Shown: positions 25,587 through 40,762, counted from the first letter of the stretch. The stretch is DNA of 64,000 nt from Octopus vulgaris (GCA_951406725.2 OX597817.1:14818001-14882000), one strand, 5' to 3'. The notes: a model not told the origin generated them from the sequence alone. Numbers and translations are program-made.

Positions 25587-26015
25587 CATCATCATTGTTC
25601 GACCATGGTCGAGACAATGGAATTTACCATGCTAGGCCAGACTTCACGGTCCATCATAGCATTACGGAGGTCCTGTTGCTGGATGCCTGTATCCCTGGAG
25701 ATTACATCAGGGTAGGAGACTGTGCGCCCTCTGGCATTGCGAGTAGATGGCTTCCAGAGGAGAAGAGTAGAAATTACCTCTTTTTCAGCTGTACAACAAT
25801 ATCCAGCAAACTGGACTCTCCTACCTTTCACAAGAGATGACACAGGTGGTAGTTTCCCATATATTTGCATTTTGGTTGGATGGCGCTTCCACGAGAGATT
25901 TTGAGCTCTCATAAGGAGGCGAGTGTAGGTTCCATCCAACCGCCTCTCAAGCTTCTTTGATAACGTCCAGGTTTCTGAGCCATATAGTAGAATTGGTTCG
26001 ACTGTGGCTTTGAAG
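25587..26015 (-). mobile_element. 5'-truncated RTE/RTE-X LINE with an intact C-terminal frame
   Basis: KATVEPILLYGSETWTLSKKLERRLDGTYTRLLMRAQNLSWK...RRVQFAGYC...MMDREVW...EQ*, then a (TGA)n tail. Confidence 0.9.
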
Positions 26016-27060
26016 ACATATCAAAACATATCAAGTACTCTTTTTCTTGTTTGTGCAATTCTTTGTGCCAGAACATATGTTTGTTTTTTTTTTATACCAG
26101 CACAAGGTAAACAAAAGTGGGACGTTCAAATAGAAACACCTCATAATATTTAATCTGATGTAGTGATTTTCACTTATTCCAGTATCCATTTTGCAATTTG
26201 AATCTCACAAGATTAATGAAATAAGAGTCGGAATATGAAACCTAGTATTGATGAAAATAACTGAAACCCTTGACAACAATGCCCCAACATTGCTGCAGCC
26301 CAGTGATTGAAACCAATATAATAATAAATGAATATAATACCCAATGGCAACTGTCCATTGTATATATGCATTATACAACATGAAAACCAAACCTACCAGA
26401 ATATAAAGACACAATCAAAGCTTACTATATTAATATTAGAAACTTGCATATCAAAGATTCTATCCTAATAAAGTGCTTAAAATTATATAACAACCAACAA
26501 CTATGGTTTGTTTAGTGGTTACCAGTTAGATATAGCTACATTTTAATATAACATTCTCTTTTACTCTTTTACTTGTTTCAGTCATTTGACTGTGGCCATG
26601 CTGGAGCACCGCCTTTAATTGAGCAACTTGACCCCGGGACTTATTCTTTTGTAAGCCCAGTACTTATTCTATCGGCCTCTTTTGCCGAACCGCTAAATAA
26701 CGGGGACATAAACACACCAGCATCGGTTGTCAAGCAATGCTAGGGGGACAAACACAGACACACGAACACACACACATATATATATATATATACGACGGGC
26801 TTCTTTCAGTTTCCGTCTACCAAATCCACTCACAAGGCTTTGGTCGGCCCGGGGCTATAGTAGAAGACACTTGCCCAAGGTACCATGCGGTGGGACTGAA
26901 CCCGGAACCATGTGGTTGGTAGACAAGCTACTTACCACACAGCCACTCCTGCGCCTATTGAAAAATATTTTATTTATAAAAGTGAATTTATTCCTTCAAA
27001 GACAGAAGGTAAAATATTTTGATTCTGTATTCTTTTAGTATAGCTGAATTTTACATTTTA

Positions 27061-27094
<34 letters not shown>

Positions 27095-27240
27095 CACCTG
27101 AATAAATTTGCTTATATGCATTTTATAAGTCAAGGTTTAAATCATTTTTAGTAGTTTTATTTATGTTTTATCTAAGCATTTGATCTTTTAAGAGTAACTG
27201 GTTAAATATCAGGCAAAACCCACTAATCTGGAATTCCACT

Positions 27241-27289
<49 letters not shown>

Positions 27290-27749
27290 AAATCCTTACA
27301 TCCACATTGTTTCCATATCTTACTAACCAAGTGAAAATATACCAATAAAACTTATCCCTATCTGTTCAGTCACTATTGTTACTATGTATACTAACATGTG
27401 CTATGTCTATATTTCACATGTAAGCTCATTGTACTTTATAATCTAACTATTTATATCTTTCTCTTACATTCTGAAACCAAATGTTATAGCAATTACAGAT
27501 TATAGTCAAACATTATCTTATTTAATTTTTCTATAAATATCATATCTGATTACCTGGTTTGAACTTTCGTGTCTTTCTGTAAACTGAAGTCCTAGAGTAG
27601 CTTTATTATACTTCTGCTCATCATTACAAGACAAAATGTACCTTCACCAAAATTCCAGCACATAGGTAATCAATTTATGCTATTTTCAAGTCATTGCTAG
27701 TTTTCAATGATTTCAGTGATGAATTCAGCATGTGAATAGGGGTCCATTA

Positions 27750-28125
27750 AGATTCATAATAATCTTACAGGCCATCAACAGAGGAGTTTAATACTGACTA
27801 ACCATGGAAACTCCTGTATGCAGATGACCTAGTTCTCATAGCTGAATCTGTAGAGGAATTAGAGGGAAAATTCCAAGCATGGAAGCTACACCTAGAACCA
27901 AGAGGTCTTAAGGTAAACTTAGCAAAGATAGAGGTTTTAGTATTTAGGTAAGAAGAGAGAACCCTGGTAACCTCTTGGATATGGCCATGCTTAATATGCA
28001 GAAAAGAAACAGGTATAAACTGCACCAAATGAAAATTATGGACATGCAAGAGACGTAGTGGACTCACAGACAGATTAACAGAGAACATAAGCTTCATATG
28101 TGATAGATGCACTGGATTAGTACTT
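27750..28125 (+). mobile_element. RTE LINE reverse transcriptase fragment
   Basis: PWKLLYADDLVLIAESVEELEGKFQAWKLHLEPRGLKVNLAK (YADD catalytic motif), followed by a Cys-rich WPCLIC...CDRC segment. Confidence 0.85.
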
Positions 28126-31100
28126 TTAGCCACATGAGTAGGAGTAAGTAGACCTAAATGTAAGGTGTCCTCTTTTTATGACCCTGAGGATTTCAGGATC
28201 TGGGTGATATGGTGATTCATTAAGCTGTAATACTTGTATAATTATTTGGACATGTGCAAGAGCCCTCTGCCTTTAGGCAAATATCTACACAACAAACCTT
28301 CTTTCCAGATGCAATCCACTTGCTTTTCCACAAACTTAGAATTGATATCCTAAAACAACCTTGGTAACGCTTACCTCCGACCTCTCCACTCTGTCAACCT
28401 TCTCCCAACCCACACACATATTTCATCCCCTAACATCCACCACTTCTATACCCTGAGGACAGAATATGCACATATCACATCCCCTGGCTTTCTCAGTTAC
28501 TGTTCCTCCCCCACCTACTGTCTCCACCAATCATCTCCTTTCTGCACCTTCTCTCCATCATCATCACCTCCCTTCCTGCTTTCCCTCACACATCTACTGC
28601 AAACCCTGCTTCCAAGCCTCTACTATATTTCTCCCATCATTTCCTACAGTTACCTCATCCTGCCCACTCATCCAGCCCAAGCCTGTATGTCACCAAACCT
28701 ATACCCACCAGCCCCAAAGTCATTCAAGGGCATGTCCCCACACATCTTCACCATCACCTTCTTTATCTTACTCTCTAATTCACTCACCTTTGTTTTCCAA
28801 CATGGGTATCCATTTATCTACTCTACAGCAAGACACCTATATCTGTTCCTTCTATACCCTAAATCTCTCGACTGGCACAATGCTACTCCCCACTCCTAGT
28901 TGAAGAGTTTTTGTCTTGTAGGCACTTGGTGACTGTTGGTGCCATGTAAATAGCTCTGGTGATGGTGCCACATTAAAAGCAGTTGATGATGCCATGTAAA
29001 AGGCACTGATGCTGGTGTGACATAAAAAGCACCCAGTACACTCTGTAATGTGGTTAGCATTAAGAAGGACATCCAGCTTTAGAAACGATGCCAAAACAGA
29101 CAGTGGCGCAGGAGTGGTTGTGATAGGCGCAGGAGTGGTTGTGTGGTAAGTAGCTTGCTAACCAACCATATGGTTCCGGGTTCAGTCCCACTGTCTTCTG
29201 CTATAGCCCCAGGCCGACCAATGCCTTGTGAGTGGATTTGGTAGATGGAAACTGAAAGAAGCCTGTCGTATATATGTATATATATATAAGTGTGTGTGTA
29301 TATGTTTGTGTGTCTGTGTTTGTCCCCCTAGCATTGCTTGACAACCGATGCTGGTGTGTTTACGTCCCCGTCACTTAGCGGTTTGGCAAAAGACACCAAT
29401 AGAATAAGTACTGGGCTTACAAAGAATAAGTCCCGGGGTCGATTTCTCGACTAAAGGCGGTGCTCCAGCATGGCCGACGTCAAATGACTGAAACAAGTAA
29501 TAGAGTAATAGACAGTGGAACCTGGTGTTGTTCCCAGCCTCGCCAGCTCCTGCCAAACCATCCAAACTATGTTGGCATGGAAAGCAGACATTAGATGACA
29601 ATGATGATGATGATATACATTATATATGGCATGGTTGTGTGGTTAAGAAGTTTGTTTCCCAATTGCATAATCCTGGGTTCAGTTCCACTGAGTGGCACCT
29701 TGGGCAAGTGTCTTCTACTATAGCTTGTGAGTGGATTTGGTAGATGAAAACTAAAAAATAAAACCTACACTATGTATGTGTGTGTGTGTGTGCGCGCGTG
29801 CGCATGCATGCAAGAGGCTCCTTGTTTTGGCATCACATTGATAGTTGTAAGCAAGTGTCACTGACATTCAGACTGTCTTTCACTTTCAATCACCTGTGCA
29901 AACATGTCCAACCATAGAAAATCTCCTGAGCAAACATAACCAGCCACAGGCAATCTATCTCAACAAGTTCCATCTGACCCTTGCACCAAGTAAAAGTAGA
30001 TGTTAAAACGGTGACGGCAAGGATGATATAGGTTAGATATTCACAGCTACAAGAGAACCACTATTCAAAGAAGTATGCAAAACACTTTCTGATGTACAGT
30101 TGATTTATTTATTTGGAGCTAACTTGGCAAAGAGATTGTCTGTTTTCAATAATAATGCAATTTTACAATTATGAGCAATTGTTATAGATTACATGAGTAT
30201 TTTAAAAGGACAAGCTGTCTCTAAGATTAACTCAAAAACAATAAATATACAATAAATAGGCACAGGAGTGGCTGTGTGGTAAGTAGCTTGCTTACCAACC
30301 ACATGGTTCCGGGTTCAGTCCCACAGCGTGGCACCTTGGGCAAGTGTCTTCTACTATAGCCTCGGGCCGACCAAAGCCTTGTGAGTGGATTTGGTAGACG
30401 GAAACTGAAAGAAGCCCGTCGTATATATGTATATATATATATATGCGTGTGTGTGTTTGTCCCCCTAGCATTGCTTGACAATCAATGCTGGTGTGTTTAT
30501 GTCCCCGTTACTTAGCGGTTCAGCAAAAGAGACCAATAGAATAAGTACTGGGCTTACAAGAGAATAAGTCCCGGGGTCGATTTGCTCGATTAAAGGCGGT
30601 GCTCCAGCATGGCCGCAGTCAAATGACTGAAACAAGTAAAAGAGTAAAAAGTAATACACACATACACACAATATAAATATAATTTTTATTCCTTTTATTT
30701 GTTACTTGTTTCAGTCATTGGACAGCATCCAAACTGGGACGCTGCCTGGCAGGGTTTTAGTCAAATAAATTCACCCCAGTACTTATCTCTTAAACCAGGT
30801 AATTATTCTATCAGTCTCTTTTACCAAACCACTAAGTTAGAGGAATGTAAACAAACTAACAACTGTTATCAAGTACTGGTAGGGGACAAACACAAACAAA
30901 AAGACACACACACACAGATAGATATATACATATGAATACAACTGACTTCTTTCAGTTTCTGTCTACCAAATTCATTAACAAGGTTTTGGTTGACCCAGAA
31001 CTATAGTAGATCACACTTGCTCAAGGTACCTCAGTGTGGGACTGAACCCAAGACCACACGGCTGGGAAACAAGCTCCATAACCACACAGCCATACCTACA

Positions 31101-32357
31101 CACGCACACATGTGTGTGTGCATATTCTGTTGCTATCATAAAAATTCAATATGTAGCAAAATGAATTACAAATATTTCAACTCTTTTTTATATTGTTGAT
31201 ACTGAAAGAAAGATGACTTTTCTACTTAATAATAGAAAGGGTTTAACAAATACCAAAGGTAGATTAAACATTCTTTCTAAAGCTACTAATGTAACCATAA
31301 AAATGAGAGTGGCACCTTTTGTCAATTACCCTAAGTAATAAATATTTTGTTTAGAAGTGTACACAATGCCACCCTCAGGATTTATCTCAAGACATTTGGA
31401 TCAGTAATTCAGTCCTCATGTCTAATCAACAAAATAACTGATTAACTATTAATAGAATTTTATAAAGCAAACCAAATGATTTAGGAAACAATGAAATATT
31501 TTTAAAGATTAAAAAAAAATCCCCGTTTAAATGCTGCTTTATTTATGAATAATATAACTAGAGATCTAGGTCTGCAGACAAAAAAAGTAAAATCAGGATT
31601 GTCCCAGCTGGAATACCACTGACCATAGCTCTACATGACCAAGGCTGACCTGAGGTTAAGCAACATCTAAAGTAACTAATCATATTATTGAGGGTTAGGA
31701 TTGATGAGTTTTTTTTTCTTTTCCTTTCTTTATTTTTTAAATAAAATATCTAAAACTATGTGTTTGGTTAAATATGTAAGAAAATAACTTTTCTCATTTA
31801 TAGAAATTATCAATACATTCTGTAGTGAAATTAGAATCAATACACCACATTCTACCAACTACAACCTGGAAAGGAAACTTTCTATGTAGCCACCCTGCTA
31901 AAAATCACAGCTAAATTCCTTCAAATCATACTCTACATCATCATCATTATCATCGTTTAACGTCCGTTCTCTATGCTAGCATGGGTTGGACAGTTCGACC
32001 AGGGATCTGGGAAGCCAGAAGGCTGCACCAGGCTCAGTCTGATCTGGCAATGTTTCTATAGCTGGATGCCCTTCCTAACACCAACCACTCCATGAGTGTA
32101 GTGGGTGCTTTTTACGTGCCACCTGCACAGGTGCCAGGCGAGGCTGGCATCGGCCACGGTCGGATTGGTGCATTTTACATGCCACCGGCATCTTAAAAAA
32201 TCTGGAGGGGCAACAATACCCTACATATAACAAAAAGGACATGATAGTGATGATGGGAGGGCTTTGGCTGTAGGTACAGACAGTCATAACTGACCTATGG
32301 CTAAGCAACAACTAAAACCCACTGAAAAGCAGAGGAAGCAACTAAATCATATACATA

Positions 32358-32912
32358 TGAGGGTGGGATGAAAAGTTCACAGGCTGACTATGAAGGAATG
32401 ATGCTAGACTTGTGAAATCTTGCATGCATTAATTTCAACCCTTCTTATTGATAAGAGCATTGTTTTTTCCCAGGTAAACAACATATGAAAATGGACAAAA
32501 TTCGGTATTGTGGTGTTATCAAGGGTCTGCAGAAAAAAAGGTTTTGCCCCCAAGTACATTCATGCTGACATGGTTAATACATTAGGGGATGACAATCCAG
32601 CTTTATCAACAGTGCAAAAGTAGGCAGCTGAAATTTAGGAGGAGAAGGGAGAGTCTTGAAGATGACCCAAGGTCTGGGCGTTCTGCAACTGCCACCACTG
32701 ACAAAAACATTGATCATGTCCATCACATGGTGATGGGTGACCGACGACTGACCATAAATCAAATACCCAATGCGACTAGCATATCCCTTGAGAGAGTTGA
32801 AAATATTCTGCACAATGAATCTGGCATGATGAAGACTTTTGCTGGGTGGGTGCCACTTCTGATAACTGATGATCAAAAGTGCATCAGGCTGATCCCATCA
32901 CAGGAAAATCTG
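32358..32912 (+). mobile_element. mariner transposase 5' fragment
   Basis: TA|TGAGGGTGGGATGAAAAGTT terminus. ESLEDDPRSGR...DRRLTINQI...ILHNESGM...WVPLLIT corresponds to the HTH region and WVPHEL linker. Confidence 0.88.
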
Positions 32913-33368
32913 TTCAATGTCTGTCTGCTTTGGCATAGTTTCTACAGCCGGATGCCAGTCTTAACACCAACCACTTTACTGAGTGCAGTGGGTTCTTTTT
33001 CATAGTGCCAGCACTAGTGAAGATCGATCACCTTTATAACTTGTAAGACTAAGAGCCTAAAGTGACCCCTATAACTGAGGGAGAACAGAAGATAGAGGGT
33101 ACAATGATTCTGGGTGGAATGATAAGGGAAGCCAAGTAAGATGAGTGGAGCAGATTTATAGTTGCAACAGAATGGTAGTGGAGGGATTAGCTGATTAAAT
33201 AATAATTGGAGAAGAGAGTATGGCAGGGGAACAGATGAAGAGAAGGGATTAATATCAAAGATTGTTGAGAAAAGTAGGAACAGTGGAAAGGTGACAGAAA
33301 GGGTTATGTAGAGAGGGTTTTAGGACTATTCTATATTATAAGGGAAAATATGGATAGAAGGTGAGAGG

Positions 33369-33402
<34 letters not shown>

Positions 33403-34529
33403 GTTTAGCGTCTGCTTTCCATGCTGGCATGGGTTGGACGGTGCAACTGGGGTCTGGGAAGCCAGAAGGCTGCACCAGGCCAGTCTGATCTGGCAATGTT
33501 TCTACGGCTGGATGCCCTTCCTAACGCCAACCACTCCATGAGTGTAGAGATGAAAAAGGGAGCAACAGACTAGGACAGTGGGGAATCTTGAGAGAATCAC
33601 TGAAAGAAAAAGAGGTGTGGAAGGTTGTGGAGGGGTAAGCTAGAGGGAGCCGGGGAAAGATAAGAGGCAGGTGTTGAGGAGGCAGTGAAGCTGTGGAGAG
33701 AGGACAACGAGAAAAAAATGTGGCACAAAGTTGGGGAGCAGTGACTGGGGGCAATGAGAACAATGAAGGAAAGAGAACCTGAAGGGTATTGTCGAAGTTG
33801 AGGGGGAAAGAAAGTGCAGTGTGAATAAATCAGTGAAAGCAACTGTAGAGAGAGGATGAGAAAATAGAGTAGTGGAGAGTGCGGTGGGTGGGTGCAGTGA
33901 GAGAAAGAAAAGCTAGAGGGTACCTAAAGGTGTAAAGATGGATAGTGAGGTAAAGGTAACGAGATGAGTTGGATGACAATAAAGGTAACCCAAATGTAAC
34001 AGCAGAACAAATCATCACCATCATCATCATTTAATGTCCGTTGTCCATGCTGCCATGGGTTGGATGGTTTGACCAGGGTTGGCAAGCTGGAAGGCTGCAC
34101 CAGACCCCAGTCTGATTTGGCATGGTTTCTGCAGCTGGATGCCCTTCCTAATGCCAACCACTCCAAAAGTGTAATGGGTGCTTTTACATGCCACCAGCAT
34201 GGGTGCCATTTGTGTGACACCAGTATCTGCTACAACTACGATTTTACTTGGCTTGATGGGTCTTCTTCTTAAGCACGGTATAATACCAAAGGTCTCGGTC
34301 ATTCACCATTGCCTCTGGGAGGCACATCACTCAAAAGGTGCTTTTCACATGCCAGTAGCATCAGCCACCTTCCCTCTGTGAGGCCCAACACTTGAAAGGT
34401 GCTTTTTACATGCCACAGGCACAGGTGCCAGTTGTGTGACACCAGCATTGGCCATGACTACGATTTCATTTGACAGGTCTTCTCAAGCACAGCATATCAC
34501 CAAAGGCCTCAGTCACTAGTCATTGCCTC

Positions 34530-34860
34530 TGTGAGATTTAAAGTTCGAAAGTCATGCTTCACCATCTCGTTCCATTTCTTCCTGGGTCTATCTCTACCAC
34601 AGGTTCCCTCCATAGTTAGAGATCAGCACTTTACACAGTTGTCCTTGTTCAAATGCATCACATGGCCATACCAGCACAGTCGTCTCTCTTGCACACCACA
34701 CCTGATGCCTCTTATGCCCATCTTTTGTCTCAAGATGCTTACACTCTGTCATACATGCACACTGACATTGCACATCCAGTGAAGCATCCACTGAAGCCTA
34801 CACATGTCCTCAGCTGCCGCAGCCCATGTTTCACTGCCATGTAGCATAGTTGTTCGCACA
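34530..34860 (-). mobile_element. RTE LINE ORF 3' fragment (degraded)
   Basis: Remnants CYMAVKHG (frameshifted LHGSETW-like), IRCGVQERRLCWYGHVM and TCGRGRPRKKWNEMVKHDFRTL. Confidence 0.75.
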
Positions 34861-36293
34861 CAGGTATCAAAATAGATATGAGGCTATAGTAATTAAGAGA
34901 TGGAAATTGAGGAGAGAGGTGAGTGCAAAGATACAGAATGAAATGGGGAGAACCAATACACAACATTAAACAAATGACAACTCCCCTCAAGACATTAACC
35001 ATTTACCCAATTAAAACCCAATAAGGAAAGTCTACAGACAGTTGTTTGACTTGCAGGAAGCGGCAGCAAATCTCCCTCAAATTGTACCATTTTTAAAAAG
35101 GTTGGATGTTTCCTTTTGAGCATCATAGACCTGTTCTCTTAAAGATGACTTACGAATAAAGAGCAACAACAAAACCAACTGTGAACCAAAGCAAGAGCTG
35201 CTACATGGTTACTTGACCTGCTGCAAATAGCAGCCATTTCTCCTTCAAATCATACTACAGTCTTAAAAAATAGGCAGATATTTGAGAATAAGCTTGGGGG
35301 TAAAAAAAGCAGATGATCATAGCTGCAAGAACCAATGATTCTAGGTCTGCTGTATTAGTATTAACTTATGGCTAAACAATAAGTAAAGCAACTACCCACT
35401 ACAAAATATGATCAACTCATTAAGTTTCTTTGTAGACTTTCTAGGTATATATTTGATTAAACATACATGAATGAAGAGCTAATGGTTCCAGGTTCAGTCC
35501 CACTGCATGCGACCTTGAACTAGTGCCTTCTACTATAGCCTCAGGCTAACCAAAGCCTTGTGAGTGCATTTGGTATGTGGCCGTTGCCAGCCTCGTCTGG
35601 CACCTGTGCAGGTGGCACGTAAAAAGCACCCACTACACTCACAGAGTGGTTGGCGTTAGGAAGGGCATCCAGCTGTAGAAACACTGAAAGATCAGACTGG
35701 AGCCTGGTGCAGCCTTCTGGCTTCCCAGACCCCAGTTGAACCGTCCAACCCATGCTAGCATGGAAAGCGGACGCTAAATGATGATGATGTTGATCATAGC
35801 TGCAATGATTATAGGTCTGCTGTATTGATATTAACTTATGGCTAAACAATAAGTAAAGCAACTACCCACTACAAATTATGATCAACTCATTAAATTTCTT
35901 TGTAGACTTTCTAGGTATATATTTGATTAAACATACAAGAATGAAGAGCTAATGGTTCCAGGTTCAGTCCCACTGCATGCGACCTTGAACTAGTGCCTTC
36001 TACCATAGCCTCAGGCTAACCAAAGCTCTGTGAGTGCATTTGGTAGACGGAAACTGAAATAAGCCCATTGCACATATATCTATGTGTATGTGCCCTTGTT
36101 TGCCCCCCACCACAGCTTGACAACTGGTGCTAGTGTGTTTACATCCCAGTAATGTAGTGATTTGACAAAAGAGACCAATAGAATAAGTGCTAGGCTTTAA
36201 AAAAAAAATCCTGGAGTCAATTCATTTGGCTAAAATTCAAGGCGGTGCCCTGGCATGGTACAATCTTAATGACTGAAGCAAGTAAAAGATAAC

Positions 36294-36338
<45 letters not shown>

Positions 36339-39300
36339 AAAACAGACAGCGAAGCATGGTGCAGTCTTCTGCCTAGCTAGCTCCTGTCAAAACATCCAAT
36401 CCATGCCACAATGGTATGTGAACATTAAGTGATGATGATGACAATGATATAACACCATCTTCTTTATATTCTACATGACTACATACCTGAACTACATTAC
36501 CTACATTCAATGCAAGATCTTGAAAAAAAGCAATTTCGGTAAACATACATGCATGAAAAGAATATTTAACACAAGTCATAACACAATAAAATATACTAAA
36601 CAATCAAAATCAACAAACTCACATACCACACATCACTAACAACCTTACCAGGCAGCAACTTTTGCTCAACAAACCCAGCCAATTCCTTCACATGAAAAAC
36701 AATTCTTCAGATTTTATTCCCCACCTACTCATTACATTTCAACATACTAATACAACAATACCAGCAAAAGCGCATTTCTAAACTATAAAGTAACTCTCAA
36801 TGGGACGATATTCAGAAAGAAACCAGATCTAAATTTACACTTACTCTACACAACAGATCTAAAATTACCTGTTGACAAGCAAGGACACACATGCAGTAAA
36901 GCAGTTCAGAAGCTACTTGAGAAAAAGAAAATTTGGTGATAACCTCACAGACTACAAAAATATATACAATTACAGAGAAAACTAAATAAAGAAATACATA
37001 AAAAACATTATCAAACCCAGGAAAGTAAGCCTAAGTGACAGCACAATCAGTGTGTAGCAAATTATAGTAATTAGTAGAATCAGCAAATTTGACGATAAAT
37101 GTTTCACATGCTACAATAGTAATTCCCAACATCATTCCCACACACTAAAAAACTGCTGAACTCCCTAATAAAATATCTAACAGCAAAAATATGAAACACT
37201 GCATAAATATTTCCCATCAAGATTACTACCAACCATCCTTTACTCCAAAACACAATATCACTTGGAAGCCCTCCGTCGGTTACGACGACGAGGGTTCCGG
37301 TTGATCCGAATCAACGGAACAGCCTGCTCGTGAAATTAACGTGCAAGTGGCTGAGCACTCCACAGACACGTGCACCCTTAACGTAGTTCTCGGGGATATT
37401 CAGCATGACACAGAGAGTGACAAGGCCGGCCCTTTTGAAATACAGGTACAACAGAAACAGGAAGTAAGAGTGAGAGAAAGTTGTGGTGAAAGAGTACAGC
37501 AGGGATCACCACCATCCCCTGCCGGAGCCTCGTGGAGCTTTTAGGTGTTTTCACTCAATAAACACTCGCAACGCCCGGTCTAGGAATCGAAACCGCGATC
37601 CTATGACCGCGAGTCCCCTGCCCTAACCACTGGGCCATTGCGCCTCCATACAATATCACTTGTCAACTATAACACATGCAGTACATTTTACATATACCTA
37701 AAACAACTAAGACCAACATCCAAACAGATCTATTCCTCTTCTATGAGCAATTTCAAAGGTGCTAAAGAAATTAATCCTCGACTTTCGCAGACAACACATA
37801 TATACCAACCACATGGTTCCGGGTTCAGTCCCACTGCATGGCACCTTGGGCAAGTGTCTTCTGCTATAGCCTCGGGCCGACCAAAGCCTTGTGAGTGGAT
37901 TTGGTAGACGGAAACTGAAAGAAGCCCGTCGTATATATGTATATATATATATGCGTGGGTGTGTTTGTGTGTCTGTGTTTGTCCCCCTAGCATTGCTTGA
38001 CAACCGATGCTGGTGTGTTTATGTCCCCGTTACTTAGCGGTTCGGCAAAAGAGACCGATAGAATAAGTACTGGGCTTAGAAAAGAATAAGTCCCGGGGTC
38101 GAGTTGCTCGATTAAAAAAGACGGTGCTCCAGCATGGCCGCGGTCAAATGACTGAAACAAGTAAAAAGACTAAAAAGAGTATATGTCAAGACAGATACCC
38201 TTAAATCCATTTTGCATTGAGTTAATAAATGTCTCCAGTAAATCTCGCAGGAAGGTATTCAGCATCTGAGTTTATTTGCTTGTCTCTGCGGCAGCCAGCA
38301 ATGCTAGATTGGCTACCTCCTACATTGAGTCTGACTAAACAGATCAAAGCTACTTAACCAGATCTATAATAGAAACTTGAAACCTGAGAGAATCGAAGAG
38401 ATCAATGATGAATAAGACTGAATTAAAATGTTAAGAGCATTTAAGAAAATTAGATAATCTGTTATTAAGACTAGCATATCAACACTGATGGAGGTCAATG
38501 ACTTGAGCGAAATCTCAGTATTTATTTTAAAGAAAAAAAGGTTTAGAAAGCTTCTGCCCTTGTAATTGATTAAAAATTCCAAAAGAATATTATCATACAC
38601 ATTAGGAATAATATAGTAAAACCAAAATCAGAACAATAAAAGAGAAAATTGTACAAAATGGATTTTTGGAATTGATAGGGTTAAGCAAAATCTGACAAAA
38701 TCAAAACATCAGAGGGTGCTTATCATCATCATCATCATCAACATTTGACATCCATTTTCCAATCTGGCATGGGTTGGACAGCTTGACAGGAACTGGCAAG
38801 GCCAGAGCCACACAAGGCTCCAAGTCTGTTTTGGTGCGGTTTCTACAGCTGGGTGTCCTTACTAGTGCCAACCATTCTACAGAGTGTACTGAGTGTTTTT
38901 TTTACATAGCACCTTGGGTTTAGGATATCGAGAGAAATGCTTAAGACAGCTGAAATTCAAAACCCCCATACAGCTTATACTCTCCTTTACTTGTTTCAGT
39001 CATTAGACTGCGGCCATGCTGGAGCACCACCTTTTTGTCGAGCAAATCGACCCCGGGACTTATTCTTTGTAAGCCCAGTACTTATTCTATCGGTCCCTTT
39101 TGCCGAACCGCTAAGTGACGGGGACGTAAACACACCAGCATCGGTTGTCAAGCAATGCTAGGGGGACAAACACAGACACACAAACATACACACACACATT
39201 TATATATATACATATATACGACAGGCTTCTTTCAGTTTCCGTCTACCAAATCCACTCACAAGGCATTGGTCGGCCCAAGGCTATAGCAGAAGACACTTGC

Positions 39301-40072
39301 CCAAGATGCCACACAGTGGGACTGAACCCGGAACCATGTGGTTGGTTAGCAAGCTACTTACCACACAGTCACTCCTGCGCCTTATCTGCAAATTTACATT
39401 CAGTTTTATTTTGACCACCCATGCAATTTGTTATTGGTAGCTTTATAAGTGAGTCAGAAAAATTAAGTTTCCTATACAAGAGTACAGAACTTTAAAACCA
39501 TCACACAGCATACTAATCATCAGATAGTTTATAATAATACGCTAACACTGAATCATTACACCACCTGTCAGAGTTTTTCTCCCCAAACTTCTGATACTGT
39601 TAGTCCATGAGGATTTACATTTCAGAGAGATTATCAAAGTGGAACAGCCAGAAAAACAACTCAGCTGTTGGTATAAGCCAAATACCAACCACTCTGAGGT
39701 ATTTGTGAAAGTGTCACTTTTGATACAGTGACAATTAGGTTTGGTGCTCCAGCAGGGCCTTAGCTGTGATGGCCAAAACAAGGTAAAAAGCAGATTTAGA
39801 TTAAAGAAAACTTGCTTACTATACATATAATGCTGGAGAGGGAGAAAGTATAAAGAATCTCTCTTTTTCTCTTTTTACTTGTTTCAGTCATTTTGACTGT
39901 GGCCATGCTGGAGCATCGCCTTTAATTGAGCAACTCGACCCCGGGACTTATTCTTTTGTAAGCCCAGTACTTATTCTATCGGTCTCTTTTGCCGAACCGC
40001 TAAGTGACGGGGACATAAACACACCAGCATCGGTTGTCAAGCAATGCTAGGGGGACAAACACAGACACACAA

Positions 40073-40121
<49 letters not shown>

Positions 40122-40577
40122 TACGACGGGCTTCTTTCAGTTTCCACCTACCAAATCCACTGTCCACTTCATGTTAGAATGTAACGATATAACAGAAAAG
40201 GATGAATGGGGGCGAAAACCTTCAGATCACGTATTTAATGTATTTCAAATATAGTCTAAATAACTATCGTTTAAGAAATGTGTGATAGTATTTTGTTCAA
40301 TCTTACAGACGGTGAAGTAATAAGGCTGGTGGTTGTTTCAGAACCATAGACGAAAACATTTTGAAACCTAATCTAAAACAATGAAATTCTATATCGACAC
40401 ATGATTTTCATTGAAAATATTACAGGAATTTTCTTTTTTAATATGAAAACAGCCTTAGAATCTAAAAGCTTTAACAGATAGTAAATATGCATTAAAAAAA
40501 ATCTCGTGCATATAATGGATGGAACGAAGGCAAGAATTACGCGCTATATGTATGTGTGTGTATATATATATATATAT

Positions 40578-40622
<45 letters not shown>

Positions 40623-40626
<4 letters not shown>

Positions 40627-40688
40627 AGATAAGAGAGTTGCATTTACAACCCCTATCTCAATTTGTGTATATATATATATATATATAT

Positions 40689-40723
<35 letters not shown>

Positions 40724-40762
40724 CAAGATAAGAGAGTTGCATTTACAACCCCTATCTCAATT

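Noticed and set aside
27554-27591. Possible small minus-strand RELCH exon (TAG...CAG|GTAATC)
   Set aside because: No resemblance to RELCH in any frame. Splice-like signals alone are common by chance.
36550-37800. A/C-rich strand-biased stretch, possibly an ancient retroelement ORF
   Set aside because: No diagnostic motif could be read, so it is left unassigned.
38195-38330. Coding-looking minus-strand stretch (QMLNTFLRDLLETFINSMQNGFK)
   Set aside because: It has an in-frame stop just upstream and no recognisable homology.
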